The notes under the pieces are model-generated. The model did no database searches and was not told the DNA's origin. It saw nothing but the letters and a program-made list of their open reading frames with translations. From an uncultured virus (IMG/VR IMGVR_UViG_3300025087_000055) (Duplodnaviria; Heunggongvirae; Uroviricota; Caudoviricetes), in the IMG/VR virus record IMGVR_UViG_3300025087_000055: 64,000 nucleotides of DNA, one strand, 5' to 3'. Numbering within the stretch: position 1 is the first letter of the stretch; the number at the start of each line of letters is the position of its first letter. Both the position numbers and the translations under genes were made by a program. Positions 30,904 through 40,028 of the stretch are shown here, piece after piece.

Positions 30904-31322
30904 AGGTTTACATTCTTTGTTTCTATATCTGCATTGGGACCAGACAATCTTAGTGTTCCACTAGCTACATTCTCCTCAACACATAAACTAAGTGTCTTTG
31001 TCACTCTGTCTGATTCTCCCAACTGGAATGAAGTTGATGTTTTTTCTCCTCCTGAACTAAATGTTAATGTTAATGAATCTGCAAATGCTAATGTTTTCGC
31101 TGTAGAAAACCCAAATAATCCACACTTTCCTACTACATTACAAGCATAAGTTTCTATTCTTGAGTCTCTCGCTATTGGATTTGCTACCGTAACTTCACAA
31201 GTAATCTTCTTTGAACTAGAACCTCCACCAATTCCACCACCCATAGTATTTAACAATAAAAACCCCACTAAAACTGCTAAAATAATATATAATACTAAAT
31301 TGTTATTTTTTTTCTTTACCAT
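30900..31322 (-). CDS. N-anchored secreted protein
   Basis: Basic N-terminus + TM + Gly linker. Confidence 0.7.
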   Translation of the reverse strand: MVKKKNNNLVLYIILAVLVGFLLLNTMGGGIGGGSSSKKITCEVTVANPIARDSRIETYACNVVGKCGLFGFSTAKTLAFADSLTLTFSSGGEKTSTSFQLGESDRVTKTLSLCVEENVASGTLRLSGPNADIETKNVNL

Positions 31323-32227
31323 TATTTATTTCTCCTCATTATTATAGCTATAATTACTGCAATTATTCCAAGGATAACTATTATATTGTAATCAAACTTA
31401 AATCCTGGTGGATTGTCATCATCGTCACAAACTCTTGTACCTCCATCTTCTTCGCACACAATATTCTTAGGTAGACATATTCCTTCTATATTTATTTTAT
31501 CTTCTGAACATTTTATCGTTCCAACACAATCAGGAGTATATCTTGGTTCTCCTATTTCACACTGACCATTATCAGGTAACCATTCATTTTGACAATAGCA
31601 ATCTACACTATCTGGATTAACTAACTTCTGACCTCCTTGACAACTTCTAATTTTACATGCTGGGTCTGGGTCGTCAGGGTCATCACTAGATAATACTTCA
31701 AAATTAGCTACTGAAGGTTGTTTGTTGGAGTCTATATATCCATCCTTTCCTAGTTCAACACCATCACAGAACCATCTTACTTCTATCAAATAATTCCCAG
31801 GAGATAATTGAGAAGTATCTACATCCATCTTATATATCATCGATGCGTACATAACATCATATATACTTACAATTTTCGTGTTACTTCCTTTCGTTATACC
31901 TAATGAAGTTGTAACCTTTGACTGTACACTTACTGGAGCAGGACATTCATGATTAATATACTGAACATCATCTACTGTAAATTTTTCTCCCTGTTTAAAA
32001 GCACTCTGCCCACCAGGAAAAACAATGGCTAATGGTTTATTTTGTAATAAAACCAATGGCTCTTGATATACTTCTCTTATTGATATGACTCCATCGTAAG
32101 AAGAATCGACTATTGAGAATCCTTTGATATTGAGATTATCTAGAATAGAAGTACTTGATAGAAGAATCAAAGCTAAAGCTACACCTATTGCTATATACAT
32201 TGCTACTTTTTGATTCTTGTTTGCCAT
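31322..32227 (-). CDS. Doubly anchored Cys-rich surface protein
   Basis: N-terminal TM; Cys-rich acidic region; C-terminal TM + RRNK. Confidence 0.75.
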   Translation of the reverse strand: MANKNQKVAMYIAIGVALALILLSSTSILDNLNIKGFSIVDSSYDGVISIREVYQEPLVLLQNKPLAIVFPGGQSAFKQGEKFTVDDVQYINHECPAPVSVQSKVTTSLGITKGSNTKIVSIYDVMYASMIYKMDVDTSQLSPGNYLIEVRWFCDGVELGKDGYIDSNKQPSVANFEVLSSDDPDDPDPACKIRSCQGGQKLVNPDSVDCYCQNEWLPDNGQCEIGEPRYTPDCVGTIKCSEDKINIEGICLPKNIVCEEDGGTRVCDDDDNPPGFKFDYNIIVILGIIAVIIAIIMRRNK

Positions 32228-32295
32228 CTTGTTCTTTCTATGTTCTCCATCCTTTCTGAATATAAAAAATAAAAATAAAAAATAAAAATTTACTT

Positions 32296-33366
32296 TTAGT
32301 CTATACTTACCGTATTTGCATACGATACAACTAGACCTGTTCTTGTGTCATCCTCATCCTCGACTGCTGGTCCTTCTACACTTGCTCCATTATCTTCATT
32401 CACATAATAGTTATTAGCATAGAATGTCAACGTAATGTCTCCACCGCCGTCTGCTGGATTTATTGTATCATCAGAGTCTATTGTAACTGAACCTTCTAGT
32501 ATTTGGTTGCTCAATATTGCTGGAACTGAATAAGCTTTAGCTCTATTTGCTGCAGCTACACTTTCAATCTGTGGAACTGAAACTTCAGAACCTCCAAGAT
32601 TAACGATAACATCATCAATCTCAGTGCTATTCCATTCTGCAACGACAACTAATCCATAAGGTAATCCTCTTTGATATTGCCCAGTAAACTTGATAGGTAA
32701 GGTAACTACATCTCCTGCTGCCAAAGTCTCATTCTCTACTCCACCATCTATAACATTTCCTTCTTCATTAAATACTTGTATTGTCACAGTACTCATGTTC
32801 TGGAAAAGCTCTTTTGGAGGGCTATATGTACCTTTACATGGGATAGTGTAAGTATTCAAATCAGAGTAATAGTTTCCTGAAGTAGACGCATTATACCAAA
32901 GAACCTCTATCTTGTCTCCTGGTGATGCTGTCAATGTTCCCGCATCAGCTACAGTCAATGGAGATGCTCCATTTACTCTATATCTATGAGCTCCACCTGT
33001 CGAAACTTGTGTATACTTATTCAAAGCAGCCAATGTGACTGTCGTATCTTCAACAGCACAAATAACTGAAGAACTACCTGCTGGTTCCGTAGTAACTATA
33101 GCCTTCGCTGGTGTACCTCCTCCTAAACCTCCAAGCAATCCGCCTAAATCAAATCCGCCAGTACCGCCTGTTAGCATTGGAAGTAATAAAAATACACCTA
33201 GTCCTATACCTCCTATCCAAATGAATGCTCTTCCCATTCCTTTGCTTTTGGCTCCCTTTACTAATCCTACTATTAATAGAACTGCAAAGATACCAATAAG
33301 TAATCCATTTGGACCACTAAGAAAATCTCCAACTATCGGGATTGTACTCAAATCAAAACCTGCCAT
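32296..33366 (-). CDS. Candidate major structural/envelope protein (two N-terminal TMs, Gly linker, acidic beta-rich ectodomain)
   Basis: Strong RBS (AAGGAGGT), structured 5' region and T-run terminator-like tract downstream. Structural role is inference. Confidence 0.55.
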   Translation of the reverse strand: MAGFDLSTIPIVGDFLSGPNGLLIGIFAVLLIVGLVKGAKSKGMGRAFIWIGGIGLGVFLLLPMLTGGTGGFDLGGLLGGLGGGTPAKAIVTTEPAGSSSVICAVEDTTVTLAALNKYTQVSTGGAHRYRVNGASPLTVADAGTLTASPGDKIEVLWYNASTSGNYYSDLNTYTIPCKGTYSPPKELFQNMSTVTIQVFNEEGNVIDGGVENETLAAGDVVTLPIKFTGQYQRGLPYGLVVVAEWNSTEIDDVIVNLGGSEVSVPQIESVAAANRAKAYSVPAILSNQILEGSVTIDSDDTINPADGGGDITLTFYANNYYVNEDNGASVEGPAVEDEDDTRTGLVVSYANTVSID

Positions 33367-33500
33367 TTATTTATTTTTACCTCCTTACATTTAATCATAA
33401 AAAACTCGTGCTTATACTTCAAGCAAGTTCACATCACCGTCTCGGCACCGCTTTCGCCAATCCTCGACCAATATGCGAATATTCCCATCCATATAGGCGT

Positions 33501-34376
33501 TCATTTTCTACGATTTTTTACTATGAAAATAACTACAACCACTAATATTACTATAACCAACCATGCAGGCATACCTAATATCTTTCCAACTCCAGGTTCT
33601 GTAACCGCAAATTCTGAACCTCCAAGAGATTTAACATTCTCTTGCTGTGCTAACAATGCCGACTTTCCAGCAGAGGTCTTTACATCTATTCTTGTTGTTA
33701 CGGATGTTGCATCCGTTGTATTAGTCTCGTCACTTGCTCTTACAAACCAAGTATAAGATTGCTCTGGGATATTGGATGAACTATAAGTACACGTATCTCC
33801 CGAATGCGTCATTGCATAACTTAAACTTCCCGGATTAACTCCATTAAATCTAAGAGTGCAGGAAGTTGTATTTCTACCAACTACAGTTCCAGTAAATACA
33901 AATGTTCCGTTGGTAACTGTTCCTGTTGGACCTAAAGCTGTTGGTGCTTGTGGAATTGTGTTATCTACTGTAATTCCAGTATTTGTATCGCTTCCTAGTA
34001 TTGCTCCACTAGTTGAGTTTGCTATAGTAACATTGAATATATAATTATTTGAATCTTCTAAAATTCCATAAGCAACACTAAATGCTCCAACAGATTGATT
34101 ATTAGTTGTAGAAAGATTAACAGAATTATTTTGTCCTATAACGACCCAAGTGCTATTTGCTGTTAATGTTGATTGTGCATAGAAAGTAATATTTGCTAAC
34201 TGAACTGCAACATTTGAAACATCAGTAGTTGTGACATTGAATGAAACTGCACTTCCCGCAACGACTGAATTAGCTGCGGGAGTATTAAGAGTTGTTACCG
34301 CACTAGCAAATCCTAACATAAATAAAAATATAAACAATACTAAAATTCCATAACTTAATTTCTTTGTTTTAATCAT
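33501..34376 (-). CDS. Secreted Ig-like glycoprotein with C-terminal TM (start ATG 34376)
   Basis: Signal peptide, NxT-rich, TM + KNRRK. Confidence 0.75.
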   Translation of the reverse strand: MIKTKKLSYGILVLFIFLFMLGFASAVTTLNTPAANSVVAGSAVSFNVTTTDVSNVAVQLANITFYAQSTLTANSTWVVIGQNNSVNLSTTNNQSVGAFSVAYGILEDSNNYIFNVTIANSTSGAILGSDTNTGITVDNTIPQAPTALGPTGTVTNGTFVFTGTVVGRNTTSCTLRFNGVNPGSLSYAMTHSGDTCTYSSSNIPEQSYTWFVRASDETNTTDATSVTTRIDVKTSAGKSALLAQQENVKSLGGSEFAVTEPGVGKILGMPAWLVIVILVVVVIFIVKNRRK

Positions 34377-34401
34377 ATTCAAATTCAGTAAATTATCCTA
34401 C

Positions 34402-34432
34402 TATTTAAATCATTTCTATCAAATTATGATAG
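34402..34432 (-). promoter_or_regulatory. CTATCA-N5-TGATAG palindrome (34416-34432) + 6 nt + TATA TTTAAATA (34402-34409)
   Basis: Read directly. Confidence 0.8.
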
Positions 34433-34756
34433 ATTGGGTATTCTTAGAATTAATGCCTTTGAAAATTTATCACTAAATTTATGATTAACTATTTTAACTA
34501 CGTCTAAGTTTAAAATATAAGACCATTTATCATCGCCGTTCTTGTGTTTTATTACCATCCCTTTTTCATGCATAGCATTTAATCTTCTACCAACTTTCGT
34601 ACATAAATCAGTTACTTTTGCATTGTCAATAGATTCTATCCTATATTGCTGATTACTTTTTACATAAATATCTTTAGCAATTTGCCATGTTGTTCTTTGC
34701 TCTTGGCTTGCACTTAATGATTGTATTATCTTTAAATCAAATTCGTCTAGTTTCAT
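34424..34756 (-). CDS. Winged-helix (Lrp/AsnC-like N-terminus) transcription regulator
   Basis: MKLDEFDLKIIQSL...TTWQIAK...VGRRLNAMHEKGMV. Confidence 0.65.
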   Translation of the reverse strand: MKLDEFDLKIIQSLSASQEQRTTWQIAKDIYVKSNQQYRIESIDNAKVTDLCTKVGRRLNAMHEKGMVIKHKNGDDKWSYILNLDVVKIVNHKFSDKFSKALILRIPNLS

Positions 34757-35162
34757 CTTTTCCCATTTTCAGAAAATCAAACATACCTTTTTTATTTTCT
34801 TCCTTTTTCTCCTTTTCTTGTTCCATCCAATTATTAGTTATAAAATCTCCTAATAAGTCATACCCATCGTTATAAAACATTTTTGCTCTTTCCGATTCAT
34901 TCTGACTCAAAGATTTATCACCACATTCAAATAATCTAAAAACTGCACTTAGTGTATGCTTATTAAAACAATGCCTTTGGCTGTCTTCCTCTTTTTCTAT
35001 CTCTTTAAAATATTTAGCCCTTAATTCTCTTACTTTATTTAATTGCTTCAACCAATTTTCATTATTGGTGGATAAATAAGAAAATCGTGCGTGGTTCTCC
35101 ATCTCTATAAAATTCATCACTGCAAAAAGCAAATCAGACTTTAAAGAAATGTCTGGGCTCAT
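34737..35162 (-). CDS. Hypothetical helical protein
   Basis: ORF track. Confidence 0.65.
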   Translation of the reverse strand: MSPDISLKSDLLFAVMNFIEMENHARFSYLSTNNENWLKQLNKVRELRAKYFKEIEKEEDSQRHCFNKHTLSAVFRLFECGDKSLSQNESERAKMFYNDGYDLLGDFITNNWMEQEKEKKEENKKGMFDFLKMGKDETRRI

Positions 35163-35336
35163 ATTTTAATTTTTACCATGACCACAACATGCATCTAAAA
35201 GTTTTCTAAATGCACTTCTGTTATCTTCCACATTTTCGTAAGCTCTTATAGTATCATCCACTTTCTTCTTTCTAATAAGTAATATAAATAAAATTAAAAC
35301 TACGATAACTATCGCTACTGTAATATACCATGTCAT

Positions 35337-35618
35337 TTAAAATTCAGAAGGTATATTTTTCCCTGATTTTTGACACTTGGCAGCGATTCTATTTGCAAAC
35401 TTCTTTTCCAATTCTATTAAGTGTCCTTCCTCATTTTCAAAAGCGTTATCCATAATTTTTTCACAATTTCCTGTTAAAGACATAGAAAAACCAGCTAGTT
35501 CTGTTGCGGTTCCATCTTTATTCATTCTTACTCTTTTACAAACAATTTGCCCAGAATCTTTATTTGTTTGACAACTATCTCTAAAACTTCCTCCACCAAG
35601 TAAATTTTGTAATCTCAT
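35337..35618 (-). CDS. Hypothetical Cys-containing protein
   Basis: ORF track; GAGGA upstream. Confidence 0.65.
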   Translation of the reverse strand: MRLQNLLGGGSFRDSCQTNKDSGQIVCKRVRMNKDGTATELAGFSMSLTGNCEKIMDNAFENEEGHLIELEKKFANRIAAKCQKSGKNIPSEF

Positions 35619-35640
35619 GTCATCTTCCTCCTTTCAATTA

Positions 35641-35958
35641 TCATAAAATAAACTCTCCCTTACACGCCGATTCTAAAAATATTTTTAATTGCTCTGCATT
35701 TGCTCCACCTATTACTTCTACCCCTTCAAAAAATAGATAAGGATACGCCTCGAACTTTTCTTGCTCTAATTTCTTCATAACTGGATGTGGCAAGAAACCG
35801 AAGTTCTCAAACTCAAATGCATCTATTAATTTTATTCTTTTATTAATCGGCAACCTTAAATTTAGAAAGTCTATAAATCTTAGATATTCTAGACACAATC
35901 TACAACCAGAGCGATAGATAAGTATTCTAGTCATCCACGCCACCTTTATGATTAGCAT
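35641..35958 (-). CDS. Glutaredoxin/thioredoxin-fold protein
   Basis: CxxC (GCRLC) near the N-terminus and cis-Pro-like AYPYLFFEG...IGG. Confidence 0.6.
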   Translation of the reverse strand: MLIIKVAWMTRILIYRSGCRLCLEYLRFIDFLNLRLPINKRIKLIDAFEFENFGFLPHPVMKKLEQEKFEAYPYLFFEGVEVIGGANAEQLKIFLESACKGEFIL

Positions 35959-36892
35959 AATATTTAGTCGCAGCTAATCTTGTTCTTCCAATATTGTAAT
36001 TACTTTGGCATTTATTACATCGTTTAATCATTATATTTGAATTGACTAATAGTTTATCTTTTATATCTTTTCCGCAATCTAAACATTCGGTTTCTCTTTG
36101 TTCCATTCTTTTTAAATAAATTTTATAGCGATAGTCTCGGTGATATCTATTAAAATGATTAAATGAACATTTTGCACATCTTATTGATTTATGACCGCTA
36201 CGATTAAGTATATATTGTTTATTACATTCTATGCATTTCCTAGTAATTAAATATGAGTCTAACGCCCTCTTTAGATTATTCATCTTTCTAGATATTCCGA
36301 AGCCTATTAGATTATAAAACATTAAGAGATTATCATAACCAAATATATATATCACAGAATGAACACAATGTTCCTTAAATCCTGAATAGTCTCTCTTATG
36401 AACATTATATCTAATATTAAAATAGTCTAATAATCTTCTAACTAACCTTACAATCTCCTCGTCTTTTTGTGTAAAAGTTATACCTCTATTTGCCTTGCTG
36501 AGATTATCTAAATTTCTTGCCATAACGTGCCCCTCGGCGTCGTATATGCCCCTTAAAAATGCCTTCTTAAATTCTAGGGGTAAGTTAAAAATATTATTAA
36601 CATTAAAATCAATTATAAATTTACAAAATTGTCTAGTATAAAACGACGCTATGAAAAATTTTCGACCATTCCTTTTTCTTGTTTTAACTGAAATTTTATA
36701 TGGATAAATTTTTTTTAAATTACTGACATAATAATTAATAAAGTCTATTTCAGTCACTTCTAAAGATACACTACTTGTCTTCTTTTCTACCCAACTATAA
36801 CTGCCATCTCCGAGATACGCTCCTATAACATATCCTAGTTCGTATGTTGGTCTCTTCATCTCTTCTGTTAATAAGTATTTATGTTTCATCAA
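35927..36892 (-). CDS. Free-standing LAGLIDADG homing endonuclease with C-terminal Zn fingers
   Basis: YVIGAYLGDGS and FLRGIYDAEG motifs; four CxxC pairs. Confidence 0.85.
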   Translation of the reverse strand: MMKHKYLLTEEMKRPTYELGYVIGAYLGDGSYSWVEKKTSSVSLEVTEIDFINYYVSNLKKIYPYKISVKTRKRNGRKFFIASFYTRQFCKFIIDFNVNNIFNLPLEFKKAFLRGIYDAEGHVMARNLDNLSKANRGITFTQKDEEIVRLVRRLLDYFNIRYNVHKRDYSGFKEHCVHSVIYIFGYDNLLMFYNLIGFGISRKMNNLKRALDSYLITRKCIECNKQYILNRSGHKSIRCAKCSFNHFNRYHRDYRYKIYLKRMEQRETECLDCGKDIKDKLLVNSNIMIKRCNKCQSNYNIGRTRLAATKYYANHKGGVDD

Positions 36893-37350
36893 TAATTCCT
36901 CGTTTTAAATTTGGCTTCACTAGGAGTGATACGACCATAAACTGGGAATCTTTGTTTTTTGAAAATTGTTTTGTCATAGACTGGAACTTTGTGGATTGTT
37001 CTTAATGCATATACTCTCGGTTCCGAAAAAGGATAAACTTTAGTTTTTAAATATCCAAACTTATTATAGAAAAATCTAGTTATTATTTTATTATGATTAT
37101 CAGTAATCCCATTTTCTAATGCACCTGAACTCCAGTCCACCATAGCCCAATCAGAAGGGTAGTGTGGTGCTTCTTTTTTACCAAATCCAAAAAACTCTTT
37201 TATATTATTAAACATCTTCGTTTTCGCTAAACTGCAAGGCATCCTCCTCTCGTGGTTCAGAATATAAGTGTTCTTCTCCTTCTTTAAATTCAGGTATGGA
37301 AAACTCTTCTTCGAAATCAATATCTGCAAAAGATTCGGAATCAATACCAT
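36889..37350 (-). CDS. Hypothetical protein (real start probably MFNNIKEFF, ATG 37215)
   Basis: ORF track; the longer N-terminus overlaps the upstream gene. Confidence 0.6.
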   Translation of the reverse strand: MVLIPNLLQILISKKSFPYLNLKKEKNTYILNHERRMPCSLAKTKMFNNIKEFFGFGKKEAPHYPSDWAMVDWSSGALENGITDNHNKIITRFFYNKFGYLKTKVYPFSEPRVYALRTIHKVPVYDKTIFKKQRFPVYGRITPSEAKFKTRNY

Positions 37351-37972
37351 CTACTTTACTCATCGGCTGTTGCATCATTGCTTCTCTTTTATTATATGAA
37401 CCTTGAGTCATTACAGTTCTTACGCTAGGCAATAGTAATCTAGAAGGAATTTGATTTTGTAACTGTTGTATTTTATTTGAATGTCCAATTATACTTGCAT
37501 TGTTGCTCATTATCCTAAAGTAATTTTTTATATAATCTGATATATTATTACTTTTATTATTTCTATTTGCATAAATTAAAGGTTCATAGATTAAAAAAGA
37601 ATATGCATTTAATAGTTCGCTAGAAAATCTAATCAACTCAATACGCCCAATTACTTCATCTCCTTTCTTTTCATAATTTTCTCTTATGAACATAAAAAAA
37701 GCACCAATGTCTTCTTGAAATTTTAAATTAAATCCCATGTCAATTTCTTCTTCAGGTCTTATTAGATAATATTCTGCAATAAATGTGGAAATCTTACTTA
37801 ACATTCTAAATAAAAGAACTTTTGCTTCCTGTATGTCTATCTTTACATCACTTATATTACTTCCACCCTGTAAATCTATTCTACTTCTAAAACCCCTAGA
37901 TAGTAAAACTATTTCGCTAGAGTCTAGTTCTGATGGTGCTCCCTTCTTTAATAACGCTAGATTAAAATGCAT
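37208..37972 (-). CDS. Hypothetical protein with acidic C-terminus
   Basis: ORF track. Confidence 0.7.
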   Translation of the reverse strand: MHFNLALLKKGAPSELDSSEIVLLSRGFRSRIDLQGGSNISDVKIDIQEAKVLLFRMLSKISTFIAEYYLIRPEEEIDMGFNLKFQEDIGAFFMFIRENYEKKGDEVIGRIELIRFSSELLNAYSFLIYEPLIYANRNNKSNNISDYIKNYFRIMSNNASIIGHSNKIQQLQNQIPSRLLLPSVRTVMTQGSYNKREAMMQQPMSKVDGIDSESFADIDFEEEFSIPEFKEGEEHLYSEPREEDALQFSENEDV

Positions 37973-38261
37973 TTGTAGATACTCCTATGCTATTTATCAG
38001 TCCTCTTGACTCTAAATATCTTTTGATGTATTGTTCTGCTTTAGGATTTTTGGATAACTTTATAACGGCTGCTACTCCTGCATAACCGTGACCTTTAATT
38101 CTTACCCTCTCAGTCTTAAAATATCCCCACTTTCTAATCCTTGATAGCATTCCGTCTACAGTATTCTCAGGTAGCCCAGTTTTTTCTATCAAATCCTTTC
38201 TAATTATACCTTTTTCTCGTGATATAAAAATCCAGTAAATTACGTTTTCTGTTGGTCTCAT
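37962..38261 (-). CDS. Winged-helix DNA-binding protein
   Basis: IRKDLIEKTGLPENTVDGMLSRIRKWGY HTH pattern. Confidence 0.7.
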   Translation of the reverse strand: MRPTENVIYWIFISREKGIIRKDLIEKTGLPENTVDGMLSRIRKWGYFKTERVRIKGHGYAGVAAVIKLSKNPKAEQYIKRYLESRGLINSIGVSTNAF

Positions 38262-38302
38262 TTTTGTTTGATTATTAACTCTGTTTAGTTTATAAACAAT
38301 GT

Positions 38303-38331
38303 AAATAACCTACTATTAGGGTAGGTTATTT
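38303..38331. repeat. Perfect 11-7-11 inverted repeat AAATAACCTAC-TATTAGG-GTAGGTTATTT
   Basis: Read directly; intergenic, upstream of the wHTH promoter. Confidence 0.8.
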
Positions 38332-38390
38332 CATATTTAAGTCTTTCCGCTCAAAGTTTCTAGCGTTTTCTAGCTATGCGTGACTAAAGT

Positions 38391-38885
38391 TTAAATCTTT
38401 CTAGCAATAGTCGGTTCTGCGTTAAGGCTTGAAATATGAGATATGTCATCATCTAATAAATATATCTGGTCAAATAGTTCACGTAATTTCTTTGTTAGAG
38501 ATATTACTAAGATTCTCTTTTTACTCTTGTAATCTTTATATTTTATCTTATTTCTATAAGTGATTAATCCTAAATTCTCAACCTCAACAATAATATTTCT
38601 ACTCTCAATATCAGGCACAAACCCAAATTCATTCGGATTACTAGAACCATTTATCCCACATATCTCTCCTTTAATATATTTATTAGCATCTATTATCTTC
38701 TGATGATGCTCAATACTTAAGTTCCACTCTTTCTTCTTATAACTTCTTATAGAGTTAACATTTCGTTCACACTCTTTGGAACAATAAATTCTCATATCCC
38801 AAGCTCTTACGGTCATTCCTTCATATAATAGATAATCTTTCCGTTTCATTAGTTTATTACACCTTCTACAGTATTTTATGTCCAT
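38391..38885 (-). CDS. Zn-finger + PD-(D/E)XK-like endonuclease
   Basis: CRRC...CSKEC; FVPDI...IIVEVE. Confidence 0.55.
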   Translation of the reverse strand: MDIKYCRRCNKLMKRKDYLLYEGMTVRAWDMRIYCSKECERNVNSIRSYKKKEWNLSIEHHQKIIDANKYIKGEICGINGSSNPNEFGFVPDIESRNIIVEVENLGLITYRNKIKYKDYKSKKRILVISLTKKLRELFDQIYLLDDDISHISSLNAEPTIARKI

Positions 38886-38963
38886 AACTCATCTAATCAT
38901 TCTGCGTTTAAATACTTTACGCTTTAATGACGCATCTCCTGATATTGCTAGGAAGTTTAAGCA

Positions 38964-40028
38964 TTATTTTGATTGCCCACTACTAAGCTGATTTGGTTGG
39001 GTCATTATAACGGCTTGTCTTTTGTCTTTCAAAACCTCTTTTGCAGCTTCTAACTTTTCAATTGCATCGTCGAATGAGGTTGTGCTTCCTGCTCTTTCTG
39101 CTTCAGATAATAATTTATGTATTTGGGCACCCATTTTACCTATTGTATCTTCATGGATTACATGCAAATTTCTATGATGAACTAAATCTTTTTCTATGTC
39201 CCTAAATACTTTATCTACTCCAATTGTTCTCTCTTCGACTTTACTTAATTCTGCTCTTGTTGTTTGAGCCATAGCCTCATTTATTTTAACATCTCTTTCT
39301 TGCTCGTCGCCTTTCTTTTGTAGTTCAATATTCATCATCTCCGCTTCTTCTAACTGTACTCTTAGTGAAGATATTTCTGCATTAAGATTTGATATTACTT
39401 CGTAAACTGGTTTCTTAGATGCTTTTGCATATCTCATTTTTGTTCCCATAACAATTAACTCTGGAGATTGCCAATCCATTATATTTTCTACAAACACCCC
39501 GTCTTTGCTTAGATTAACTGGTATCATCTTAGATTCGACATCGTTTCCCAGAGCAGAAACACTTTGAAACATATCTTTTAAGTTTTGCATCTTCATTATT
39601 ATATTCTGTTTACTATCTAAAATAACAAATGCACCATCATCTGAAATTCCAAAATCTCCAAATTTTCCTATTTTTGTACTTCTATCAAATGTTACTATAT
39701 TCAAATTTCTAGCTAATGCATTGTTTCCATTGCTTTTTAACATTTCTAAAAATAAAGATTTAAAAGAAAAAAACTTACCCTGTGACTTTGCCCTAATCTG
39801 CTTTTTCTCTTTATCTAGATAATATCTTACTTCTTCATCTTCTTTCTTATCTGTTTCCTGTTCCCTTAGTTTTCCTAACTCTGAACGTATCTTTGCGTTC
39901 TCTCCTTTCAATTCAGCATTCTCATTTGCCAAGGCTCTTATAGTATTATTTTCTCTAACAGATGATGGTTCAATCTGAACATGCACCATCTTTTTTGGTT
40001 TAAAAAAGTCTTTTATAAAGTTAAACAT
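38964..40028 (-). CDS. Coiled-coil protein
   Basis: Heptad-rich E/K/L segments. Confidence 0.7.
   Translation of the reverse strand: MFNFIKDFFKPKKMVHVQIEPSSVRENNTIRALANENAELKGENAKIRSELGKLREQETDKKEDEEVRYYLDKEKKQIRAKSQGKFFSFKSLFLEMLKSNGNNALARNLNIVTFDRSTKIGKFGDFGISDDGAFVILDSKQNIIMKMQNLKDMFQSVSALGNDVESKMIPVNLSKDGVFVENIMDWQSPELIVMGTKMRYAKASKKPVYEVISNLNAEISSLRVQLEEAEMMNIELQKKGDEQERDVKINEAMAQTTRAELSKVEERTIGVDKVFRDIEKDLVHHRNLHVIHEDTIGKMGAQIHKLLSEAERAGSTTSFDDAIEKLEAAKEVLKDKRQAVIMTQPNQLSSGQSK

Noticed and set aside
33390..33504. Known c-di-AMP (ydaO) riboswitch
   Set aside because: Tempting given the DAC gene, but I could not find the ydaO consensus blocks.
35927..36892. Intein or group I intron around the LAGLIDADG gene
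   Set aside because: No splicing motifs, no split host gene, and no non-coding flanks.
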